DNA of 64,000 nucleotides, from assembly GCA_036172245.1 (NCBI GenBank), contig JAYWIR010000028.1, positions 1,612,001 to 1,676,000 on the forward strand. The letters run 5' to 3'. Made by a program: the position numbers and the translations under genes. The notes under the pieces are model-generated. The model had not been told where the DNA came from, made no database searches, and saw only the letters and a program-made list of their open reading frames with translations. The stretch is from Raillietiella orientalis. Lineage: Eukaryota. Positions 1 through 10,899 of this stretch are shown piece after piece (position 1 is the first letter of the stretch; every line of letters begins with the position of its first letter).

Positions 1-190
1 AAACGAAAAGACCCCACCCCTCCCGTCCTCCCAATCTCCGAAATTGTACTTGCAATGGTGGCGCGTACCTCCTTTACGTTGAAGTGTGAAGGGGACGACG
101 CGTTCCGCTTGCGTTTTCGGCACGTTTTCCGAAGGATATTTTACTTTTACTCGGGTCGTAGGCGCGCGCATCGCCTACCGCCGATAGTAA

Positions 191-402
191 ACAATGCGTC
201 CCCCCATTGTTGTCCTACTAGAGCTCTTTCCTCTGGTCCAGAACGTGTGCTCGTCGCGTGATGCCGGCTGCGAGGCGGCAACAATGCGTCCCCCCCCCAT
301 TGTTGTCCTACTAGAGCTCTTTCCTCTGGTCCAGAACGTGTGCTCGTCGCGTGATGCCGGCTGCGAGGCGGCAACGGCGCGTCCCCCCCCCCATTGTTGT
401 CG
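191..402. repeat. ~90-bp tandem duplication, about 2.3 copies
   Basis: 191-280 and 281-373 are identical except for the C-run length. A partial third copy starts at 374. Confidence 0.95.
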
Positions 403-439
403 TACTTGCTGACGTAACGCGGTCTCGTAGCAACGATGC

Positions 440-1210
440 CGGACGCGTGAAGCTCGTTACGTGATGTTCCCAGCAGCTTTCATCGGGAATCCGCGGTCCT
501 CCGCGCAAGCGCCGCAAAAAGCTTCCGGTCGCTTGCGAGTCCCTTTCCCAGGACTCTCTCCATGCTGCGGTGTGTTCGACGGAGGTGAACAGTGCCGAGA
601 AGCCGGACGTGTGTTTGTGTGCAGCACACGAAAACGAAAAAAAGAGAGAAGAGAGATTCTTCCAGATAATTCCAGCGGGCCCTCGTGTGACCCAGGCAGC
701 TGTAGGAGAGGGGCTGTTGCGCGGCGGTTCCACGCGGAAGGGGTCGCGAGTCTCCGTCGCGGGAGGAGCACGGGTGGCATCTCAGTTTGCGCGGTCGGAT
801 GGCATTGAGGGGGACCGAGGGGTACCGTTCCTCCCCAAAAGCACGGCCCACGGATAGGTGAGGAGGTAAAGGAGGGCCGACGGGCTGCGCCTGCTGCACG
901 CAGACCTGGCCTTTCCAGTACTCTCCCAGTCGGTCGCGTCGTCTGCTTCCTCCGCGCTCGCAGTCTTTTTTTTTCCGCCTCCGATCGAAGTCCCGGCGGC
1001 CTTGCAGCCCAGACGGTCGCTCCTGCGTTCGGACCGCTCGCGCGCAGGAAAAGCTTCGTGTTCTTTCCCTCGATGGATCGGGTGAAGCCGACTCTCCCTG
1101 CCTTCGCCACAGCCAGGAACGGGAGGAATGGGTCCCGTCCCGGAAACCCCTCCTCCTTTCGTCCCCCCGAATCTCGGGAGTTTACGGGATGGGAGAGAGC
1201 TCTAAGCAAG
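440..1210 (-). mobile_element. Decayed BEL/Pao-like integrase fragment
   Basis: Minus translations GKNTKLFLRAS (cf. KxYIxLFTC), PPRNSP..GIIWKNL (cf. PPxAPWWGGxWERL) and FSALFTSVEH (cf. LxTxLxEVEA) occur in the expected order. Weak matches. Confidence 0.4.
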
Positions 1211-3258
1211 GTCGTTGGGACCGTAACCAGGTGATTGCGCTCCGTGACTCCGGACGCAACTTCCGTCTCGTTTGTCTGGCGTCACGCAGCCTAAGGGGGC
1301 GCGTTGCTTCCCTCCGCGGACTAGTCGGCAGCGGGAGCAGCGAACGATCGATCGATGGGGGCGGGGGAGTCCTTTGGTGCTCGCGCCCTTCGCCGTCGAG
1401 AGCGGGGCGGCGGAAACGGGGGGAAGGCGTTTGGCGCCAGGCAGGAAAGGCGCGGTGCTGTCGCTGCCCCCTCGCGCTTGCGGCACCGTGCGGCGGCCAC
1501 GTACGACTGCCGCGCGTGGCGCCGAGCGTTGCCGGTTCGAATCCCCCACGTGGAGGATCGACGCCAAGGATTGGGGGGGGGGGGGGTGCGTCATGGGTTT
1601 CGAGTCCTCCCAGCGGTCCACCTATCGGCTGGTAGGTCCAGGTGCCGCACCGGTGCGACACGCACCCTTGCGGGAGGGCGCAGGAGAGCTTTGCTTGCAA
1701 CGACTTCTGCTCGAGGCGGAGGGGCGGGACGTTGTCGGCGAGTCGCCAGACTACGGGGTCACCATGTCCTCTTGCGAATGGGAGCAGGAAGGAGGAGGCT
1801 GTCGTCCGTCGGGTCGAGAAAAGGGGGGGGGGGGAGGAAGGAAGGAAGAGGAAAGCGGCAGCCAGCGGGACTTCCGCGGGTGCTCCTCCCAATTCTCCCT
1901 GCCGTTCTCTTTGCTTTCCCTCCAGCGAGAGTGCCGTTTCCATACGATGACAGATTGAGCTCGCAAGGCGGTTCCTGGATCTAGGGAAGCAGCCCCGAGG
2001 GCTGCCTCCCTTGGCGCGCGCGCTCGGGAAGAAGGGGATGCAGCAGCGGACCGTTAGAGCAGACGAGTGAGGTGAAACGGGAGGGGGGAGGGAGGAAGGG
2101 AAATGGAGCGTTTCGGGTCCCTAGGGACTGTCTCTCCGGCACGTGCGCGTCTGTGACCCGGCGAGGGATGACCTCCGGGAAAGGTTGCGCCTCCCTGCGG
2201 TGATGGGGGTCCTGCAAGCGAGCTCTCCTCTCTGGACCATTTCTCCTCCCGCTGCCGCTCCTGCTCTGCGCCGTGGCTCCTCCTCCCTTTCCTTCTCTTT
2301 CCCCCTCCCCTCCCGTCGTCTTCCGCGCGCATCACCGCCTCCTATGGGGAAACTCCCGTCGGAGGCGGGGGCGTCCAGCCGGCGGCACCCTCCGGGGGAC
2401 AAAGGAAAGGAGGCAGCTGCGGCGGCGAGGGAGGAGGAGGGCGGGGAGAGGGGAAGGAACCTTTCCCCGCCGGCGACACGCATCCAGGGGTGTAGCCCAT
2501 TCGTGACCCGTGACCCCGCCCGCTGCTTCCCAGCATCCCTCTGCGAAAAGGGGCGGCGTCGGCCGAGCGGGGCGGTGCACCAAGCTGGAGTTCGCTGTAC
2601 GCCCTCCCCCCCCCCCCCCCCTTCCTCCGCAACTCCCATCCAGGACCCACGCGGGCTTCTTAGCGGGACGGTTCCCTCTCCTTCGTCCTCTCTTCCCTTC
2701 CCTTCCCGTCCCCTCCCCACGATCAGGGAAGGAGGGAGGGAGGACGCCACTCGGCGTCCTGCGCTCCTCGCTCGGAACGACAGGAAGAGAATCCGATCTG
2801 GCGCGCGCGCGTTCCAGGAGGTTTCCCTTCCCGGGCATCCGCCCGCCCCACGGACCTCCTCCGTTCCGGGCGTGCCGTGGGCAGAAAAAAAGGGAAAAAG
2901 GAGGGAGCGGTAAAAGGGGGGAAGGGGGGAGGGGGAAGAGAAAGGGAAGGGACCGATCGCGAGCGGCGTCGCCCCCTTGTGGAGCTCGCGGGCGGCTGTG
3001 CGTGGGCGCGGCATCTCCAGAAGGGCGAAGGAGACGCCTGCCTCCCTTGCCGTGCGGGCGACACAGGGCCTTCTCTGAGGGGAAGGGGGGCAGCGGGCAG
3101 CTTTCCCTTCCGGAGCCGCCGGCGGCTGGCGGTGGCGGCCACGAGCCGAGAGGCGCAGTGGAGCAGCGGGCGCTGCTGCCGCCGTGCGCCCACGGGGAGA
3201 GCGCGGAGGCGAAACTGCACCTTTCCTCCATCGGCCTCCTCCTTCCCGAATCCCACAT

Positions 3259-3430
3259 TTATTAGAATGACATTATCATTTTTCAACTGCTGCTACTGTT
3301 GTTAATTACTATTCATATTATTAGTATTGTCCTTATTATTATTTCGCAGCAGCAGTAGCAGGTAAGGAGAATGAAACAGAAATAACAACGATAGTAACAG
3401 CGTAAGAACCGCCATGATAATGAGAATGGT
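3259..3430. repeat. AT-rich degenerate trinucleotide (ATT/AGT/AAC) low-complexity tract
   Basis: Direct inspection. An abrupt AT-rich island in very GC-rich flanks. Confidence 0.7.
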
Positions 3431-4407
3431 AAGAGGAGCGGTGACCACCCTAGCGGTGGTCGGCGGCGCCGTTCGAGGAGGCGCCCTCGGAGACGGTAGG
3501 AAGCGACTCTGGCAGGTGACCGTAAGGCGTCGCCCCCGCTTCCCCTCCCTGAGGTCCTTTTCCGAGCCGGCGCCGCCGCCGCCGCTGTCTCCTCCCGGCG
3601 AGCTCCGCCAGTCTCGCCGCGGACGATGAATTGCCCCCCTCCTCCCTCCCCCTCCTTCCCTCTCTTTCGTTTCCGTGCCCTCTCCTTCCCGTCCTCCTCC
3701 CCCTTTGACTCGCTCGTCTGCGCCGCCGCCTCCGGAGCATCCCCGCGGGAGGAAACTCCTCGTTTTCCCGACAGAGCCGACGTCGCCTCCGTGATGTCTT
3801 GCCCTGGGCTCAGGAGATGCCTTGAGGGCGTCCCCCGGTTGCCGGGAAACGGGACGCGAAGGAAGCTGCGTGCGCACGCCCTGCATCGTTTGCGGCAACG
3901 TCACGCGCCCGAGCGCGGCGGATGAAATTTCCCTCCTCTTCCTGCGCCGTCGCCGCCGCCTCCCGGGCAGGTGCGGGAGCGAGCGCCTTCCCCTATCAGT
4001 TCTCGGAACGGGCCCGCCTGCCCGTTTGCATCCCTCCTTGTGGCCGACTGCAGAGAGGAGGAAGGGGGGGCGCGCTCCTCACGAAGAGACTACGAGGACC
4101 AGTGGGGGGCTCTGTTCCGTTTCCTTCCGCCGCACGCCGTTCCCGTAGCAGCAGTTCCGCTGGCAGGGAGCAGTGCGTTCCTTCCTTTCCGCCGCCTCCT
4201 CCTCTCCTTCCCGAGCCAGCGGGAGGGGGAGGGAAGGAGGAGGAGGAAAAGGGAGGGGAAGGGAAGGGGAAAACTCCCGGCGTTGCGCCGGCCGTGCGCG
4301 CCGCCGCGAGCGGGCGGCGTTTCGCCTTTCGTTTCTTCCCCTCCCCGCGCTTGCGCGCTCCTCCGTTCGGGTTGACTGGGGGCGGGGGATGAAAGAGGAC
4401 AGGAGAG

Positions 4408-4410
<3 letters not shown>

Positions 4411-4438
<28 letters not shown>
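4411..4438. repeat. (AG)n microsatellite
   Basis: Perfect AG run. A (CT)n run follows at about 4489-4506. Confidence 0.95.
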
Positions 4439-4442
<4 letters not shown>

Positions 4443-4699
4443 AAGCTCCCGCACCTCCGGTGAGCACGGGTCCCGTTTACCCCCTTCCCTCTCTCTCTCT
4501 CTCTCTCCCCCCCCCCCACCTTTCTCTTTCCCCATCCCTCACGCGATCCCGTTCCTCCGGAAGAGGAGCACGGCGCTATTGCGCGCGAAGATAAGCATCG
4601 CCCGTGCAGCGCGCGGTGTCCTGGAAAGATCGATGACAGTAGGAGGCCCGCGGTCAGCCGGAAGGAGGTTCTTAGCTACTAGCGTTTCCATGGCAGCTG

Positions 4700-6600
4700 C
4701 CGTAACGCCGGCGGGGGAAAACCAAACGAAAGCTTTTTTTTTTTTTTTTTAAAAAAAAAGCAGGCGAACGGGGGAGGAGGGATCTCTTGATGCGTGTGGA
4801 GGGCGCACAGGAGGAATTCCTGGGGCACTCGTGATGGCGAGGAGGTGCGGACGCGCGCGTGGAGAACTTCGGCCTCAGCCCCGTCGCCCTCTCGCGGCCT
4901 CGGGTCCAGGACCGGACCACCCTGCACTCGCTTCTCCTGCGAACTCGAGAAGTTAGGCGGGGGAGGGGAGGAAGCCGAGGGAGCAAAGGGCTCTTCTTCC
5001 CCGCGGGTCTCCCTTTTTCCACCGCCCTCCTTTCCCCCCCCCCCCATCCCCCCTTCGTTACCCGGCTACCAGCTCGGGGTACCTCGTGCTCAAGGAAGAT
5101 GGATTCAACGTCACGCGCGCACGAGCATCCGCTTTCTCTTGTCCGACGGGTCACCTCGGCGCGGTCGGCGGCGCAGCCGGCCCTCTGGCCCGCCCGCCGC
5201 GCGCAATCCGGACGCGAGGCGCTCACGTGACCGCCGCGAGGCAGGAAGCGGCGGCCTGGAAGGACGGGAGCGAGCCGGGCTGCTGCACCCGGGTCCTTCC
5301 GGGATGGGCGTGCCTTCCTTCCTTCCTGCACCGATCGCGAGCTGCGCTCTGGCGCCGCCATCCCCGCGCGCGCGTGCGCCGCTGCCCCCGTCCGTGTGTA
5401 GGTCGCGGCGAAGCGGCTGGTGGGTGGCGTCCTCCTCCATGTCCTGCGAGGGGCTCTCCGTCCCCCTCCTCCCGCCCGCTCCTCCCCGCGGCAGCTGCTG
5501 CTGCTCGCTCACGCACCTCTCCGTTCCTCTCGCTCGTGGGGTTGCGCCGATGCGTGCGCGCGCCTTTTTAATTGCAGGCGAGGATGCTTGGCTGCCCAAA
5601 CATGCAGCTCTCCTCGGAGGAACGCCGGGGGCGCTCCCCGATCGCGGGGAGGAACGAGGGAGAGGCGGACAGTGGGTCCGGGACCCGCACGTTCGTAAGG
5701 ACCGCGCCGGTGGGTGGCGCTCGCGCAAGTCGCGCCCCGCACGCGGCGGCACGGGCAGAGTCGCGACAGCGCGCGCACTTGCGTCTTTGCATGTGGCTTT
5801 GGGGGAGGAGAGGGGAGGGGGGAGGAGGAGGAGGAGGGCTGCCCCTACGCCACCGCCACCGCTGCTTGAGAATCTGCGGCCTCGCCAACGCGTCGGGGAG
5901 CGAGCAGCGCGCGCCTCTCTTCGCGCTCGTCGCCGCCCGAGGGTGCCGTAGACAAAAGAGGTTCTCGCGGGGAAAGGGGAAAAAAAAAAAAATAAATAAA
6001 AAAAAAAACACAAGGCGGCGCGCGCGGGGAGAGGGGGGCGTTGCTTGGTTTCCCCCCTGCCTGTCTGCAGAGCACGGCAACTCTTCCGCGTTGCGAGCCT
6101 GCCTGCCTTTCGTCTCTGTGGGCCCACTGCGCGCCCGCGATGCGTTGCGCGCGCGTGTGCGCGCGCGCAACACATCCATGTGTTGCGCGTTTTCGGATCC
6201 CCAGGGCGCGCTTTGCCCGTGGGGCGCTTCCTCCCTGGATGGGGATGCAGGGGCATGCAGGGGGTGGGGCGCCGGACCGCATCGGTGAAGGAGACCACCA
6301 CCCCGGTGTTTTGAGGAAAGCGCGGCTTCGCGATGCCTTCAGAGGAGGAAGTCACGAAGCGCATGCGCGGACCTTCCCGTAGCTGCCCAGCGCCTGCGCC
6401 TGCGCTTCTCCCCCCTCGCGAGTCCGCTGGGGACGGAGATGGCGCACGGAGATGTCCCTCCATCAGCGCGATTCCCTTATCGAACGTTCTCTCGGGGAAG
6501 GGCATTCCCGCCCTCGCGTTTCGGGATGCCGTCGGGATGCCGTCGGGCGTGGAGGGTTCCTTCGATTGAATTTCGGACTGCTGCTGTCGCGGGCGGCACC
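4700..6600 (-). mobile_element. Possible extremely decayed BEL/Pao integrase region
   Basis: TFDKGIALMEGHLR (cf. FxDxxGxLRVxGRL) near 6470 and DVESIFL (cf. EVExILN) near 5100. Could be chance. Confidence 0.25.
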
Positions 6601-6992
6601 AAATCGTCACCCCCTGCTTTTCCCCCGTTCAGGGCAGGCCGACGGGAACTTCTTCGCTGCTTCCCCCCCCTCTTTCTTCCATTTCTCTTCCGTTCCTCTC
6701 GACATTCGTCGTTCCTCCATTCCGCAGTTCCTTCCCCATCTTTCCTCCTCTTCCATCCCTCGTTCTCCCGCTGCTTCTCCCGTCTCTCCCGGCCTTCTCG
6801 AGGGAGAGGGAAAGTGGTCCGTTGAAGCAAAGCCGTGTGTGCTCGCAGGTATCCCGGAGGCTGTCCTTTTCCGGGTGGGCGGTTCGGGCCTCCCACCTTC
6901 AGCAGCGCGGCTGCCGTGTGGGGGGTGGCCCGCTGGAAGTCGTTCGCGTCGGGACCAGCGATTCGCGCCCTCAAATGTCGTCTCACTTGCAG

Positions 6993-9076
6993 GGATCTCA
7001 GCAAGTCCGTGGAATGCCAGAATCGCCTCGTGCACGCCGGATGCGCGAAGGAGGTGGTGTCCCGCGAGCACATAGAAGAGTGCGAGGTGTTCTTCCTGAT
7101 GAAGTGTAAGCTCACCTTCACCCGAGCGAGGTGCTCCGAGAAGGCACCTCCAGGTCGCTCTTCTCATCCTTCCCTCCCCCTTCCCCTCAGCCGACGAATA
7201 CGCGAAGAACGCGGAGTGCTTCAGCCAGGAGATCCTCGACGAAGTGCTCACCTGCTCCTTTGTTTACAAGAAAAAGAATTCCCCGACCTTAGACGAGGCG
7301 GAGGAGGAAAATCTGGAGAAGGAGATCCACAACGGCAATGAAGTCGGTGGTGATTTGATGAGCTCCCAGTGCAGGTACGCAGTGCAAATATTTGGACTCT
7401 TCGGGGTTTTCGCCGGATCGATTCGCGCGCGGCTGCTGTGGGGAGGAGACAGCCCGAAGGGCCTGCGTGCGTGCGTGCGTGCGTGGCGTTCGCTGGCTCG
7501 GCCGCCCTGCCGCAGGAGGGAGAGGAGGAGGAGAGGGCGAGGGCGGCGGCGCCGGCGCGGGAGTGCGCTCTTCTTGACGCGCTCTCCCGCGAGACTTCCT
7601 GTTTCAAAGGTCGTGCGCGGATGGCGCGCTTTCATTCCCTCCGCGCGCGCGCGCGCGCGCGCATGTGCGTCACAGGCTGCGTTCCCGAACGCCGCCGACA
7701 CACGTCCGTTGCCTCTCTCGTCCTCTCTCTGCCCGCGGCGGTGGACTGGGACCGCTGGAGGAAGGGATTTTTCCGCTTCCTGCTCCCCTGGCGTGGAACG
7801 GGAAAAGCATCCCCGGTCCTTTACCTCGCCACTGCGTTGCCGTGCCCGCGGTGACGCCGCGGCGCGCTGCGCGCGTATCCTCCTGTTGCCAGGGGACTTG
7901 CGGCCGCCTCCGGTGACCCCTCTCTTCTGAATGTTGGGGCGAAAGACAAAGAAGCGAAACTCTGCGAAGCTGCGTGTCAAACCCTGATATTTCTCAAAGT
8001 TTGCAGAAGGAAAAACTGATGTGTTACCACAAGTCCCTGCCACAGAGGTGCAAAGGCGCGGAGCTGAAGCTGAATTTCCTGAACAGCAGCCTGAAAAACT
8101 ACGAGGTGAGCTCCCCGGAGCCCTCCCTTCCTCGTCCCTTCACCACCACCACACCCCCTCGTCCTTCCGCCGCCGAGTCGTCGGAGGTCCCTTCCCGGCA
8201 AGGCCGTTGCCGGAATTCCAGGGTTCCCCTCCGTGTCGGGAGGCGCCTGCGCCGCGGGGGGAGGGAGGAGAGATCCCTTCTCCTCCTCCGGTTGATTGAA
8301 TCGGACACCTTGCCTCTTCTTCTCGGGGACTGGATGCCGGCACACCTGCGTGCGAGCGTGAGCGCGCTCACGCGGCTCGCACGCGAAAATCATGATCCCG
8401 ATGCGCTTCGCTGCCCGATCGTTACGTGCTCTATTTTTTTTTTTTTTTTTGGTGCGCCTGCGCGCGCACATGCACAGGAGGTGTGGCTTTGTACTTGGCG
8501 CTTGGGGAACAACACTGCGCGCGGGCGGATGTCTGCCGCGCGTGCTGGTTGCGCGTCTCCGCGCTTCCACCGCTTCCCTCTGTCCCTCCTGCACCCCCCT
8601 TTCTTTCCCTCTGTTGCCGGGACGCTCATGCGTGTGACGTGGCGTGACAACGCGCGCTCCCGCGGAGAACATCGCTCTCCCCCCCCCTCCCTTTCCTGCC
8701 TTTGCTATCGCTGCCAAGCGCTGCCGCAGGTGGCGGCGGTAGATAGCGAGGGGACGGTCTCCGCGGAACAACTCCTTAAGCCCTGGCAACGAGGAGACCG
8801 TCTCCGGACAGTGTCCTGCAGACGACCTTCCCGCATCATCTCGGACGGGGGAGAGGGACTTTTTCTTCCTTTCCTATTTTGGCTGTGTTCCAGATGTCCT
8901 GCAAGGACTCCAGCATGAGCGATATGTACGCTTCGAAGATCAAAGATCCCTCTGCTGCCGGGCAAGCGGAAGTGAGGATGGGGGATTCCGCTGCTGCCCT
9001 GACCGGAGTTTCCAGCGCATTTCTGGTCCTCTCCCTGTTTGTGCTGGAAAGGATAATCGGCGCGAACCGACAATAA
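6993..9076 (+). CDS. 5'-partial spliced gene for a Cys-rich, probably secreted and GPI- or membrane-anchored protein (resembles DUF19/T20D4.11-like arthropod proteins)
   Basis: Exons 6993-7105, 7191-7374, 8000-8105 and 8894-9076 have GT..AG introns with consistent phases (1, 2, 0) and join without stops: ..DLSKSVECQNRLVHAGCAKEVVSREHIEECEVFFLMKSDEYAKNAECFSQEILDEVLTC..LMSSQCSLQKEKLMCYHKSLPQRCKGAELKLNFLNSSLKNYEMSCKDSS..SAAALTGVSSAFLVLSLFVLERIIGANRQ*. Start codon and upstream exon(s) not located. Family call is from Cys spacing only. Confidence 0.8.
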
Positions 9077-9077
9077 A
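9072..9077 (+). promoter_or_regulatory. Candidate polyadenylation signal AATAAA overlapping the stop codon
   Basis: cAATAAAa contains the TAA stop (9074-9076). GT/T-rich sequence follows at about 9098-9107 and 9180-9193. Confidence 0.3.
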
Positions 9078-9259
9078 ATGGCGATGCTCTTCAAGGGAGT
9101 GTTGTCACTGGAGCTTTCCCGTGCTGCCTCCGAGTGCGGGGAGAGCAGGAAGGAGTTCGCTTCCCTCGTCCTCGTTCTCGTGTTTTTTTTTTTCCCCCCC
9201 CCCCTCTCTTCCCTTCCCCGCTCCTGCCCGGAAACGCGGGGAAACGCCCCGCTTCCGCC

Positions 9260-9830
9260 CTAGCGTTGGTGCCAGGTCCTCCGCATCTAAGCCCGAGTTC
9301 CCCTGGACGTCGGATCGGTGCGCGCGCTGCTACGGAGGAGAGCGCGAGGGAGTGCACAGAATCATCGGAGTTCCCGGATGCAGCTGCAGCGCTCCGTAGA
9401 TGGGCGGATTCCTCAAGAGTTCTGCCCCGAGGGTACAGGTCGCCAGAGTGTCTTGCGCCGAAAGGCCTCCTGACCTTCCGGGTGGTGGTCGGAGCCATCT
9501 GAGGACGAGGTCGAAAGAGTCCAGGAAGCGGGCCTTCCAGGGGGCGCGTGCATCTCCCGTTGCCTGCTTCCTCTCTCGCTCATCCGGGCACAGCCGCTGC
9601 GGTTGGCTGAAGCCGTAGTCTCCTCATCCGACTTTTCAGCCTCAGAACCTCCTTCGCACCTCGAGTTCCTTCTGCTTGCCATCCGCGTCTTTCTTGGTGC
9701 CGAAGACACCGGCGTCCTCTTCAAGAGAACTGCGCGACCTCGCCCAGAGAGCGCAGATTGAAGATGTGCAACATTTCGGAGCTGCCGATTTCACCCTCGA
9801 TCCCGGTTCTTCGTCTTGAATTTGCCCCTC
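9260..9830 (-). mobile_element. Decayed BEL/Pao RNase H fragment
   Basis: FLDSFDLVLRWL (cf. FWTDSxxVLxWI) followed by SGDLYPRGRTLEE (cf. NPADLxSRGxxxEEL). Confidence 0.45.
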
Positions 9831-10899
9831 CCTCCCCCCTCCCCTCGAGCTCCAGTCTGCTGTGGCATGTGGGGTAGGGGCAGCATCCTCAGAGAGACCG
9901 CCCCTGGAAAGGTCTGCCGCCTTCTGACTAAAGGGACGCTCTGTGCGGCCCAGTGGGCATGCGTGGAGGCTGCGACGTAAGTGCGCTGTCTTCCCTAGTC
10001 CTGTGCACTCCCCGCGGTCTCCGCATGCCGGCTGAATGATGACGTCATAAGTGGAAGCGGCAGAAGAAGGGAAATAAAAGCGGAGCCCGAAGGAGTTTCT
10101 TTTCGTCCAAGAACTTCCGCGAAAGTTCTCCAAGTCGTTGTTGTTGTTGTTGCTGCTGTTGCTTGCCCCAGTGGCCCAGCGTGCCCGATTTTTCATCCGT
10201 TCGCTTCGGTCTCTCGGAAACTTGAGTCCTCCCCGGTTGATGCGCCTCGTGGAGCGTCGGATGACGGGCTCGCGAGAAAGGAAACTTCGCGCTGCCGCCA
10301 TCCGCTGCCGCGAGCGCTGCAGCGGCGCTCGACGACGTGTGTGCTGCGCGCGTTGCTCGCTCGTTCGCACGCAAGCGCGAGCGCAGACGCTCCCAGGCTT
10401 ACCAAGGACTGTCTGCAGCAAGCGAAAGGAGTGAACTCATCCCCCCCCCCCCCCTTTCCCCGTCTTCGAACGATCTCACGGATGTACTTGTCTTCCCGAA
10501 ACTTCGCCTCGGTAGCCAAGGCGGGCGCCAGAATGTTCGTCGGCGCACAATGCCCAGCCCCTAACGGGGAGGAGGTGGAGGGGAAAGTTCTCACCCTTCG
10601 TTACATCAATAAATCAGCGTCTCTGACGAAGAATGGTAGCAGGGAAGCCACCAGCTAAATGAGTTGCACGAGTTGCCGCCGGATATCCACGCGCTCTTCT
10701 TCTTTCTCCTCCCTCTTTCCCCCTTTTCATTCTCTTCGGAACGGAGACGTGCAATTCCCTTTTTTCCTTTTTCCTTTCGTTTCTGTTTGTTTTCTTTCTT
10801 TCTTTTTTTTTCGTCCTGCGATTTTCTGAAGACAGGAAGCTCCGTTGCAGGAATCGAGCGAGATTCAGGGAAACCGCGGGAGAAGGGAAGAAGAAAAGA

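Noticed and set aside
191..402. CRISPR-like array
   Set aside because: A pure tandem duplication without unique spacers, in a eukaryotic context with no cas genes.
6822..6848. Upstream exon ending at the cag|gtatcc donor
   Set aside because: The required frame has a TGA about 25 nt upstream and there is no convincing acceptor.
2000..6900. Long ORFs of 250-500 aa on both strands as genes
   Set aside because: They are overlapping R/G/P/A-rich frames crossing homopolymers, an artefact of stop scarcity at high GC.
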